Source: a virus | Length of the DNA: 64,000 nt | IMG/VR virus record: IMGVR_UViG_3300037466_003456 | Span: 32,001-96,000 of that record | Reading direction: 5' to 3' (one strand) | Part shown: positions 33,850 through 42,592 of the stretch, one piece after another | How positions within the stretch are numbered: position 1 is the first letter of the stretch | How the letters are laid out: each line of letters opens with the position of its first letter | Notes under the pieces: model-generated | Databases searched by the model: none | Seen by the model: only the letters and a program-made list of their open reading frames with translations | What the model was told of the DNA's origin: nothing | Made by a program: the position numbers and the translations under genes

Positions 33850-36253
33850 AACGGCATCGGGGATTACCATGGCTGACAGTTCACCCGCTGCCATCGAAGA
33901 GGCTTTAGTGAACCAGTTGCAGGAAGCATTAGGAGAATGGAAAAACGTAGTTAATATTAAGCCATTCATGCAAGTGGATGAAGAAGATGCAGACCTTTCC
34001 GGAAATGTAAAAAATGCTTTTGGAGCCGTTCAGCTTTCCGTACATGGTGTGAATTTATATATTCCGTTTATTGTTGTGGACAAAATGCTTCTCCCGTTTG
34101 ATACCATCCGTATGGGCGGAGAAGAAGTCGCTTATGATTACAGCAAGTTAAGACGTCTCGTGAATGCCATCGAAACAAAGGTTAAAACGTCATCAGAAGG
34201 TGACAATGATCCGTTCCAGACCATGGAGGTGGCACGGTTTGAAGATGTTCAACCGAACAATGGTTTCTTGGGAACCATTATGGGCATTCGTGATACAGCT
34301 CGCATGAGAAACGGTTTAGGGATGGATTCACCTTGGGATGGACCGGGATTTGGCAATATGGACGAGGAACGCATTATGCGTCAAGCGTCCGCTGTCGATG
34401 TTTTAAACGAATTTCACGAGGTTATGGAAAAGATTGCGAACGTAAAAGTTTTCTCTAAACTGCAAATGGAAGAATACGAACAGCATCTGTTAAAACAGGC
34501 AGAAGAGGAACAGGAAGAGGAATTATCCAAAGTGGCCGAAGCAGAAGATACCCTTGAAGCAGCCAGTGTAAGACGAGATATGCTTCAACTGGATGCAGAG
34601 AAACTAGTGAGTGTTCACCGTGTGGCTAGTGGAAACAACATCTCTTTCCCGATATTCGAAGCAGGTCGTTTTGAATACCATTCAGGTCGTGTGTATCGAA
34701 ACTTTGAAAGCTGGTTTAAGAATTCCACTACCTATGCTTCATCCAATAAGCTAGGGGCTTTAGTGATTGATTCTAAATCTGGTTACCGTTTCTTAAAGAG
34801 CGGCGAACCTTTTATGGCGAGCACCAGAGAACCCGGCAACTTCGAATTAGAAACGGAAGTAGCAAAGTCGTTAACGCATGGACATATGTATACAATCGAA
34901 AAAGACCATGCTAACTTGTTCAATCCATTCATTGTAAAAGGTTCTTATTTGCAGGATAAATTGAATAACGGTATTGTCGTGAGTGTTCGTGAAATCGCTG
35001 ACCCTACAAAAAGTCATATTCCTTCCAGAACAGCCAATAGCCTATTCTCTGATTCATTCGAGTGCTATGAATCCATGCCTGGTAACTGGAAAGGTGCTTC
35101 TGCTGATTTTGCGACAGGAAACAAACCGTTCTTTATCATCGTATCGAAAGACCGTAACATCAAAGCGCCAAAGTTCATGAATCAGCAAGAACTAAGAGAA
35201 TATATCATGCAGTATGCGGCTGATCCGCACGATGCCCTATTAGCAAAACAAGTCATTCATATTACAAATGACAACTGTGTCCTTGTGCCTGATTCCCTTC
35301 CGTTCTTTAAACTTGAAAAGAATATTACGTATTTCTACACAAGACCAGATGGGCTATTTAAACAAGGTCCAATGTCTAAGACAGCTGCATATGGAGGTTT
35401 GAACCAAGCAACCTTGTATGTACAGAATGCCCGCAATCCGAAGACGTATGGGGTGAAATGGCAATTCGCTATTCCGACCAAAGTCGAGAATGATATCGAA
35501 GCAACCCAACTACAGAAACGCAATAAAGAAGGAATGAGTGAGGATCAAGCGAAGTCCATGTTGAACAAACTAGGATTCGATTACCGTACTCAGCAAAAAT
35601 TCTTTGAAATCACGAAACGTAACGGACGTTCTGCCACCTTTAATCTGCCGAACCCTACTTTAGCAGCAACGGTGTCAGCTCCTGATGTAGCGACTGAAAA
35701 AGTAAAAAAGAAAATGAAAGGTATTGCGGACTCTCTATTAAACTCACAAAACTTTATGCCTTTGATGGAAAATGCTGTAGCGGATGGACTTTCTGCTTTC
35801 GTTTCGAATGCATTCCCAGGTTCCGTTAATGCCGTCCATAACGTAGGTAACTTCTTCGATATGTCTAAACAATCGATGGAAACCGCTTTGGAAATGGAAA
35901 AAGTGGCTACACGCTTTAATGGTGCCGAGTGGCATGAATTATCCGCTTTGTTGAACATGAAACATCGTTTAGATAAATTGGCTGCCGAAATGGAAGATGG
36001 AAGCTATTTGCAAAATGGTCGTGAAGTGTTTGAAAAAGTGGCTGAAATGAAACCGGTGATCGAGAAGAAAGCAAGTGACCTTATTCAATTTAACCGCGAC
36101 CAGTTAATTCGCACCGACAGTTATTTCGTGGAACCAACGCTTGTGAAGCAAGCACTGGAGCAATTGGATGGACTTTATGTCTATGCTTGCTCCGAAAAAA
36201 AAAAGAGTCCTTTAGAAAAGTCGCTGGACTTTTTGGCGAGGGTGCGGAGTTAA
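33827..36253 (+). CDS. Large putative virion/internal head protein with many K-x-A motifs (808 aa)
   Basis: Start MMKRRMIKTAS after GGAGG; motifs IKTA, LSKVA, MSKTA, MEKVA, LDKLA, FEKVA. Confidence 0.7.
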   Translation: MMKRRMIKTASGITMADSSPAAIEEALVNQLQEALGEWKNVVNIKPFMQVDEEDADLSGNVKNAFGAVQLSVHGVNLYIPFIVVDKMLLPFDTIRMGGEEVAYDYSKLRRLVNAIETKVKTSSEGDNDPFQTMEVARFEDVQPNNGFLGTIMGIRDTARMRNGLGMDSPWDGPGFGNMDEERIMRQASAVDVLNEFHEVMEKIANVKVFSKLQMEEYEQHLLKQAEEEQEEELSKVAEAEDTLEAASVRRDMLQLDAEKLVSVHRVASGNNISFPIFEAGRFEYHSGRVYRNFESWFKNSTTYASSNKLGALVIDSKSGYRFLKSGEPFMASTREPGNFELETEVAKSLTHGHMYTIEKDHANLFNPFIVKGSYLQDKLNNGIVVSVREIADPTKSHIPSRTANSLFSDSFECYESMPGNWKGASADFATGNKPFFIIVSKDRNIKAPKFMNQQELREYIMQYAADPHDALLAKQVIHITNDNCVLVPDSLPFFKLEKNITYFYTRPDGLFKQGPMSKTAAYGGLNQATLYVQNARNPKTYGVKWQFAIPTKVENDIEATQLQKRNKEGMSEDQAKSMLNKLGFDYRTQQKFFEITKRNGRSATFNLPNPTLAATVSAPDVATEKVKKKMKGIADSLLNSQNFMPLMENAVADGLSAFVSNAFPGSVNAVHNVGNFFDMSKQSMETALEMEKVATRFNGAEWHELSALLNMKHRLDKLAAEMEDGSYLQNGREVFEKVAEMKPVIEKKASDLIQFNRDQLIRTDSYFVEPTLVKQALEQLDGLYVYACSEKKKSPLEKSLDFLARVRS

Positions 36254-36570
36254 AACGGGTAAGCGAAGCGATCCAACGATTGAAAGGTGACATTCAAGGT
36301 CTAAATTCGGACTACCGAAATGTTCACTCAAATTTAAGAGCGTCCATGCCTAAAGGATTCTCCTCTGACAAAGTTCAATCTGCTTTCAATGAAACGGAGC
36401 AGGCAGAGCAAAACCTGAATGAAAAAGTGGATGAGTTAAAATCCCTTTTTGGAGAACATGGTGAACTGAAACAAAAAGAAGCCAACAAGAACTATGGGAT
36501 TGCTGCAGGATTCGGAATCCCTGGCTTAGTTGGATTAGGTTATGTGAATGAGCAGGCAAAAAACAACTAA
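36187..36570 (+). CDS. K-x-A / coiled-coil / Gly-rich TM module; probably a -1 frameshift extension of 33827..36253
   Basis: No good SD/start; entered via A-AAA-AAG at 36199-36205; RKVA-GLFG...GIAAGFGIPGLVGLGY. Confidence 0.65.
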   Translation: MLRKKKESFRKVAGLFGEGAELKRVSEAIQRLKGDIQGLNSDYRNVHSNLRASMPKGFSSDKVQSAFNETEQAEQNLNEKVDELKSLFGEHGELKQKEANKNYGIAAGFGIPGLVGLGYVNEQAKNN

Positions 36571-36577
36571 ACCGTAC

Positions 36578-36609
36578 AAAGGAGAGGTCAAATAACCCTC
36601 TCCTTTTTT
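36578..36609 (+). terminator. Intrinsic terminator
   Basis: AAAGGAGAGG...CCTCTCCTTT followed by a T tract. Confidence 0.8.
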
Positions 36610-36654
36610 CAAATAAGTTTTTATGCCCCACACAAGAATAGGAGGATGGTGCAT

Positions 36655-37458
36655 ATGGAACAATTCTATTTTCTTAAAGAAGCATTTGCTCAACAAAAAG
36701 GGAGATTATCCGAGGAAGAGGAATTACATCTATTGAAACAATATCAGGCGGGAGATTCACAATCAGGGGATAAATTAACGTTATCACTCCGTCCCCTAAT
36801 TGAAAAAGCCATAGTGGATGTAAGCCCTGGTGGGAACGATGTCTCCTCTTCCAATCTACGGATGAGGGCTCATGTAGAGTTACCTAAGATTCTACAAAAC
36901 TATGATCAAAACCGAGATATCAAACTAAAGACGTTTGTAACGTCTCAGCTAAAAGGTTATCTTCGCAATGCGGTAGCAGAAAATGTGAGTGGCGCTTACG
37001 TTCCTCGGAATCAGCATACCGATTTAGAGCGGTACCGCCAAGCGGTAAGGGATGCGCAAATGGAATTCGGACACAATCCATCCGAAGACCAGATTCGTTC
37101 GTTTTACCCAGAAGATGAAGCCAGCACCAGTTTCGATAAAATCAAACAATACCATTTAAACAACTATCTGGGTGACGCTACTTTCGGTCAAGGCGAAGAA
37201 AGTGAAGGATTAACGTTCAAAGATCAGTTTGCGAATGATGAGGATACTATTGATCACGATGACCTCTTTTCTTCCCTATATGATGACGAAGAAAATGATA
37301 TAATTGCTAAAAATTTCACAGCTCAAGAACAACAAGTCATCGACAAAGTTAATAAAGAAGGTCAGTCCTTTGTCAATGCTGCCTTATCACTCGGAATCAG
37401 CACAGCCGAAGTCCGAAAAACGATGAGGCGCTGGCACGAAATCACTAAAAATAAATAG
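36655..37458 (+). CDS. Phage sigma-70-family RNA polymerase sigma factor
   Basis: Region 1.2/2 (LSEEEELHLLKQYQAGD..LRPLIEK, FVTSQLKGYLRN..YVPR), region 3 (GHNPSEDQI), region 4 HTH (SFVNAALSLGISTAEVRK). Confidence 0.8.
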   Translation: MEQFYFLKEAFAQQKGRLSEEEELHLLKQYQAGDSQSGDKLTLSLRPLIEKAIVDVSPGGNDVSSSNLRMRAHVELPKILQNYDQNRDIKLKTFVTSQLKGYLRNAVAENVSGAYVPRNQHTDLERYRQAVRDAQMEFGHNPSEDQIRSFYPEDEASTSFDKIKQYHLNNYLGDATFGQGEESEGLTFKDQFANDEDTIDHDDLFSSLYDDEENDIIAKNFTAQEQQVIDKVNKEGQSFVNAALSLGISTAEVRKTMRRWHEITKNK

Positions 37459-37471
37459 TAAAGGGTGTTGT

Positions 37472-38209
37472 TTGATGAAATTTCAAGGTGTAACAGCGCA
37501 AAACATTGGTCAAGCTCATGCTTTAAAAATGCTTACTAGTTCAAAGGATTATGCGTTTTTAACTGGACCGGCTGGAACGGGAAAGACGTTATTAACTGGC
37601 GCAGTTGGACTCGAACAAGTCATTAAACATCCTAAAGATGGATTCAAAAGTGTCATCTACACTCGTCTGCAAGTGCAAACGGGGGCAGACGTTGGATTCC
37701 TGCCAGGTGATTTGATGGAAGGAAAGACCGAACCTTTCTTGGAAGGATTTAAGGATAATTTCAAGGAAATGGATTACGACTTACCTTTCGACCATCTAAT
37801 TAACAAGAAGCTGCAATTCGTGCCAATTCAAACCATGCGAGGAAGGACATTCCCTAATTCGTTCATTATCGTGGATGAAGCTCAAAACCTTGATGAAGAT
37901 ACTATTACAACCATTGCTACTCGATTGGGTATGGGGTCAAAAATGGTCTTCATGGGGAACTTCTCACAAATCGATGACAAAAAAGGATTCTTGAAAAAGC
38001 CTGAGAACAATGGGTTTTATCAATTGCTTAGTCGTTTTTACGAAACCACTGGCGGACACCAATTCTTTGAACATGTCCACCTTACAGAGATTCAGCGTTC
38101 TGGCGGTGCCGCTTTCGTAGAAAAGATGATGCGCAATCATAAATTAGATCCTCGTTTTGTTGATCTTGAGGAATGTGGAATCGTTCAGGAAGAAGTTCTT
38201 TCTGCTTAA
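37472..38209 (+). CDS. phoH: PhoH-family ATPase
   Basis: LTGPAGTGKT, GFLPGDL, MRGRT, IIVDEAQNL, GNFSQID. Confidence 0.93.
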   Translation: MMKFQGVTAQNIGQAHALKMLTSSKDYAFLTGPAGTGKTLLTGAVGLEQVIKHPKDGFKSVIYTRLQVQTGADVGFLPGDLMEGKTEPFLEGFKDNFKEMDYDLPFDHLINKKLQFVPIQTMRGRTFPNSFIIVDEAQNLDEDTITTIATRLGMGSKMVFMGNFSQIDDKKGFLKKPENNGFYQLLSRFYETTGGHQFFEHVHLTEIQRSGGAAFVEKMMRNHKLDPRFVDLEECGIVQEEVLSA

Positions 38210-38213
38210 TAGG

Positions 38214-38239
38214 AAAGTGACCTCATAGGTCACTTTTTT
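38214..38239 (+). terminator. Intrinsic terminator
   Basis: AAAGTGACC-TCATA-GGTCACTTT followed by a T tract. Confidence 0.8.
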
Positions 38240-38275
38240 ATTTATAATAGGACTATCGAACTAAAAAGAAAGAAG

Positions 38276-38959
38276 GTGGCAATCTTGTCGCTTTTCGGTA
38301 ATGACAATTTGGATTCCAAACAAAGAAGAAATGTCCATCTTGCACAGTTAGGCGGTGGTTTAGCGGGCGCAGGAGCAGGATTCTTAACTTCTAAGGTGAT
38401 GGATGCCTCACACGAAAAGTCGCTATTTCAGGCAGGAATGGACGCAACGAGAGATAATGAAAAAGCTGAGTTGCAATGGAAAAGGCTAATGGATTTATAT
38501 TTAGGGAAAATCACCATCCAAGACATTCCGATTCCTGAACGTGATCGTTATTCAAAATGGCTAGAAGAAAATAAAGAAACATTAGAGACTTTTCGCAACA
38601 ATCCAGAGGAGTTTGAAAAATCCCTCAACGAAGTAAAAGGCGGTCGTCTGCAACCGTTATTTGGCCAAAAACCTTCCATCAAAGAACTTCTTTTTAGAAA
38701 GCGTCCGACCCAAGTGGATTTAAGAGGAGGAAATGTGGTTCCTTTATTTTCAGGCGAGAAAGAAGCTTTAATGGAAATTCCACACGAAATCCACAACCCG
38801 AAGGCCTATGGATTAGCTGGAATGTTAGCCGCTGGCGGTTTAATAGGTGCAGGGTATCTAGCGGAAAGGAAATACGAAAAAGAGAATAAGGGCAAATATA
38901 ACGAACAAGACTTAGATCAGCTTCAAAAAATGCTACAGGCATTGAAAGCACGAGGTTAA
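38276..38959 (+). CDS. Hypothetical protein with two Gly-rich hydrophobic segments (227 aa)
   Basis: LGGGLAGAGAGFL and GLAGMLAAGGLIGAGY. Confidence 0.7.
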   Translation: MAILSLFGNDNLDSKQRRNVHLAQLGGGLAGAGAGFLTSKVMDASHEKSLFQAGMDATRDNEKAELQWKRLMDLYLGKITIQDIPIPERDRYSKWLEENKETLETFRNNPEEFEKSLNEVKGGRLQPLFGQKPSIKELLFRKRPTQVDLRGGNVVPLFSGEKEALMEIPHEIHNPKAYGLAGMLAAGGLIGAGYLAERKYEKENKGKYNEQDLDQLQKMLQALKARG

Positions 38960-39033
38960 AGCCTTGATTCGTGAATTATGATACATTATTTATAGGTCAT
39001 TTTTCCTATGTAAATAAAGTGAGGTGGAACTGT

Positions 39034-41271
39034 GTGGATGATTTATTAAACCGTTTGGAAAAGTCGGCGGGTCTCGGTGGCGGATTGTTTAAAGGATTCG
39101 GAAACTACCTTAAAAACGTTTCAAACTATAACGTTCGTAAATTAGAAAAAGCGAATGCCCTTCCGAAAGAAATTACGAACGCTAAAGTAGACCGTAATAT
39201 CGCCCGCGCCGGAACGGCAGGTGTTGGTATGCTAGGTGGTGCTGCATATGGAGGTTATAAAGCCTTTGAAGGTACCCAACAGCAACCTATGGATACGACT
39301 TTGTATGAGCAAAATCAATTTACTCAAAATAACCTGCAACCGAAAATCGCTTCTGAAATGATGGATCGGTTGGAAAAGTCAGCTGGTAGTGAAGATATAC
39401 CGCAATTAAATCATCATTCCCTTCTTAGTGCTGAAGGCGCAATGGCAACAGCCCCTATGGGAGCAATATTGGGTGGTTTAAAAAATGCTTCTAAGTTCGG
39501 GGAACGTGGTGCATTAAAAGGCGGACTCGGTGTTTTGCGCGGCGCGGCTGTAGGAGGTGTTCTAGGTGCTATACCAGGCATGGAAGTAGGTGGAGCGATC
39601 GGTTCTCTTTTAGATGCCAACGAATTAACGAAATCACGCCGTTTGCAAGAACGACAAGCTATTAAGGATGCTATTAAAGAGGAGTTGAGAGAACAAATGG
39701 GGAAAACAGCAGAAACAGACCTGTTGGAGCGTTTAGAGAAAACTGCTGGTATTTTCGGCGATATTGTAAAAGCCACAGGTATTGGAGCTGGACGTGCAGA
39801 AAAGAAATTCAATGAATTCGCTTCCCCTCAAGGGTTTTTACAGCACGAACCAACGATGGGTGCCCAGGATTGGCAACTACAAGCAAATAACCTAAAAAAC
39901 CAAAGTGAACGAGCGGGGTTAGAACGTGATGTTGCACGTAAGAATCTTGTTGGCCCTGGTCTTGTAACAGGCGGTATAGCTGCACTTGCTGGGTCGATTG
40001 GTTTATCCGTTCATGAGATGCAACAACTTCATCAAGAAGCTTTGGCTGAATTGCAGGCAGAACAAGCACAAGGAGTACAAGCACAAGGGGTACAAGGAGA
40101 TGATTATATGAAAGAGGCAAATGAATTACTAGAGCGATTAGAAAAAACAGCTTCTCTAAAGGAAGTTCAGGCAACAGACGAAGATTTATTTGCTCGTTTA
40201 GAAAAAACAGCAAATCCTTTTGAAGAGAAAGAAAAAAAGGACGAAGGTGAAGAAGAACAAAAGGCTCCGCAACAATCTAAAGAGGATTCTGAGCCGAAAC
40301 AGTCACAAGCTCCAAAGCAAGAACAACCAGCACAACAAGCACAACCAGAACCACAAGCACAGACGGCACAACCGGAGCCAACACCAGAGCCAACACCAGC
40401 ACCTCAACAACAACAGGTGCCATTAGCAGCTCAACAACCACTTCCAGAACAAGCGCCAGATCCGCGTTTATTAATACTTCAGCAGATTTTAGCTGACCAA
40501 CAACAAGGAGCGGCTCCAACGCCTGTTGAACCTCCAGTTCAGGAAGTCCCGCAAGAAGTAGCTGCTCCGGCTCCACAAGATCCTCATTTGGAGTTGCAAC
40601 AATTGCTTGCTCAACAACAAGCGGCAGACCCGACTCCAGTGGCAGCTTCATCAATGGCAGGGTATGGAGCACTCGAAACTGGTGATGCTTCTCAAGAAAG
40701 CCCTCGTCAAGGTGCAGGCTCTGTATCTAATGCCCCTGCTGGTGTAGATAAGACTGCTTCTTTATTTGAGAGTTTAGAAAAAACAGCAGCAGGCATTCCA
40801 GGACTTGGTTCTGTAGTCAATGCAGTTAAACCTAAAGCTACAAATCTAGCTATTAAAGGTGCACAAAAAGCCGGAGATTTCACTAAACAAATCGGTGGCG
40901 GAGATTTCAAAGCTGGCTTAAAGAGAATTGGAACAGGTTCTGCTCTTGTTGGAGGTGGAGCTATTGCGGGTGCAAGTGCTCAAGCGTCTCATGACAGCAA
41001 CATGAGTAAAGCGGCGGCTGAGGAAACACCAGCCGAACAAAAATCCATCGCGGATAAATCTGAAAAAGAATGGATCGACTTCATGCACAAAGTGGAAAAA
41101 GAAGATGGTGTGAAGGCAGAAGAAAAGCCTGAGAATCAATCAAAAACCGCTTCAGAAGACGATGATATGTTAAACGGATTATTTAAAGAAGCCGCAGCCG
41201 CTATCATGGATATGCACTTTCCGGAAGTAAGACAGCATGTTGATCCAATCAACCGTATTACTTTCAACTAA
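39034..41271 (+). CDS. Putative virion polyprotein with six L-x-x-L-E-K-[ST]-A repeats
   Basis: GTG start after GAGGTG; Gly-rich hydrophobic modules and a P/Q-rich linker between the repeats. Confidence 0.75.
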   Translation: MDDLLNRLEKSAGLGGGLFKGFGNYLKNVSNYNVRKLEKANALPKEITNAKVDRNIARAGTAGVGMLGGAAYGGYKAFEGTQQQPMDTTLYEQNQFTQNNLQPKIASEMMDRLEKSAGSEDIPQLNHHSLLSAEGAMATAPMGAILGGLKNASKFGERGALKGGLGVLRGAAVGGVLGAIPGMEVGGAIGSLLDANELTKSRRLQERQAIKDAIKEELREQMGKTAETDLLERLEKTAGIFGDIVKATGIGAGRAEKKFNEFASPQGFLQHEPTMGAQDWQLQANNLKNQSERAGLERDVARKNLVGPGLVTGGIAALAGSIGLSVHEMQQLHQEALAELQAEQAQGVQAQGVQGDDYMKEANELLERLEKTASLKEVQATDEDLFARLEKTANPFEEKEKKDEGEEEQKAPQQSKEDSEPKQSQAPKQEQPAQQAQPEPQAQTAQPEPTPEPTPAPQQQQVPLAAQQPLPEQAPDPRLLILQQILADQQQGAAPTPVEPPVQEVPQEVAAPAPQDPHLELQQLLAQQQAADPTPVAASSMAGYGALETGDASQESPRQGAGSVSNAPAGVDKTASLFESLEKTAAGIPGLGSVVNAVKPKATNLAIKGAQKAGDFTKQIGGGDFKAGLKRIGTGSALVGGGAIAGASAQASHDSNMSKAAAEETPAEQKSIADKSEKEWIDFMHKVEKEDGVKAEEKPENQSKTASEDDDMLNGLFKEAAAAIMDMHFPEVRQHVDPINRITFN

Positions 41272-41302
41272 TAAAACTCCCCAGTATTAGTTATTTTCTT
41301 TG

Positions 41303-41327
41303 ACACCCCCTTTGTAGGGGGTGTTTT
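41303..41327 (+). terminator. Intrinsic terminator
   Basis: ACACCCCC-TTTGTA-GGGGGTGT followed by TTT. Confidence 0.75.
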
Positions 41328-41331
41328 CGTT

Positions 41332-41354
41332 TAGGACTTTAGTTCTACTATAAC
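41332..41354 (+). promoter_or_regulatory. Candidate late promoter TAGGACT-N9-CTATAA
   Basis: Directly after a terminator, upstream of the terminase operon. Confidence 0.5.
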
Positions 41355-41408
41355 CCCTCTTTTTAAAGTACAATAGTACTACATAATCCGCTGAAAGGAG
41401 GGGTTGAA

Positions 41409-42581
41409 ATGGTGATTATACAGTATAACAAAGTCACTCCCGAATATCGTGATTTAGTTAGGTCTATTGAATCGAAAAGCTATGTTGGGTACATACGATA
41501 CCTATTGCTGAAACGATGGCCGTATGAACGGGTCAGAAAAGAACTAATGCGGATGGGCTTAGCCTGGAATGAGCAAGAAGACTGTGAAGTGTATTTTCGG
41601 GAAGTCATTTACCCTCTCATTCAAAAATTCAAATTAGAAAAATACTATAAAAAATACCGGTTCGGCATGAAAGACGAAACGTTGTCCATTAGTTCCTTTG
41701 GCGGTTCAGAAACAGATCGAATTGCTTTTGTGGATTTAGTGAAAACATTAGAAATTGAGCAGTTCTTTGCTGAGGAAATCGTGAATTTCTATGGAGGGAT
41801 GTTAAACATCCCCTTGCACCCTCAAACAGGAGAACCGATTATCGCACGAGAAAGACCAGTAGACCTTATCGAACTTCTGCAAAACGAGAGACGATATGCC
41901 ATTGAACATATGTTGGTCGAAGGGTATTCTCCGAAGCAAATTAGTGAGCACTTGTTTCAACGATACGATATGGAGGTTACTCCTCACGAAATTAAAACAT
42001 ATGCCAAGTCATTTTTTAACGTTAAGCGCCATGATATTCAACGTCTGCTGGATTCTTTAACAGATGAAAAAGATGCGTTGGAGGAAAAACTATTTGAGGT
42101 GAAAAGACGTCCTCCTGATGATTTCAGCTATGGCGAAAGATTTGAGATTGTTTCTGCGATTAGCAACAAAATCAAGGAACTAAATTCCATGTTGAAAAAA
42201 TTAAGCGGCGTCCACCTTGGAGCCACTTTTAACTCGGCAGTATTGGAAGTAACCGACATGAGGGAAATGTTTAAAGACGTGATGGTTCGAACACATCGTA
42301 GATTCCGAGAATTAGATGAACGGACAGAGGATGAAATGGTCCATCCCTTAAACTCCCTCGTTAATATGATGGCAAAAGCAACCGATAAGATTATCGGTAT
42401 TGATGATGTCTTGAATCAAAAAGCAACTAAAACAATCAATGAAGAAATGCTCGAAGTTATTATGCCGTCTCTTGATCGTATTGAGAAAGAAGAAAAAGAA
42501 GCGATGTTCCTTTACAAGCAAACTCTCAAAGAATCTAACGATGATGAAGATGATGACAATGGCATCATCGGCTTAGATTAG
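41409..42581 (+). CDS. Hypothetical helical protein; candidate terminase small subunit / DNA-binding protein
   Basis: Immediately upstream of terL; HTH-like MLVEGYSPKQISEHL; coiled C-terminal half. Confidence 0.6.
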   Translation: MVIIQYNKVTPEYRDLVRSIESKSYVGYIRYLLLKRWPYERVRKELMRMGLAWNEQEDCEVYFREVIYPLIQKFKLEKYYKKYRFGMKDETLSISSFGGSETDRIAFVDLVKTLEIEQFFAEEIVNFYGGMLNIPLHPQTGEPIIARERPVDLIELLQNERRYAIEHMLVEGYSPKQISEHLFQRYDMEVTPHEIKTYAKSFFNVKRHDIQRLLDSLTDEKDALEEKLFEVKRRPPDDFSYGERFEIVSAISNKIKELNSMLKKLSGVHLGATFNSAVLEVTDMREMFKDVMVRTHRRFRELDERTEDEMVHPLNSLVNMMAKATDKIIGIDDVLNQKATKTINEEMLEVIMPSLDRIEKEEKEAMFLYKQTLKESNDDEDDDNGIIGLD

Positions 42582-42592
42582 GAGGTTGCAAG

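Noticed and set aside
40260-40620. P/Q-rich codon repeats as a non-coding tandem repeat
   Set aside because: In-frame low-complexity linker of the 39034 protein.
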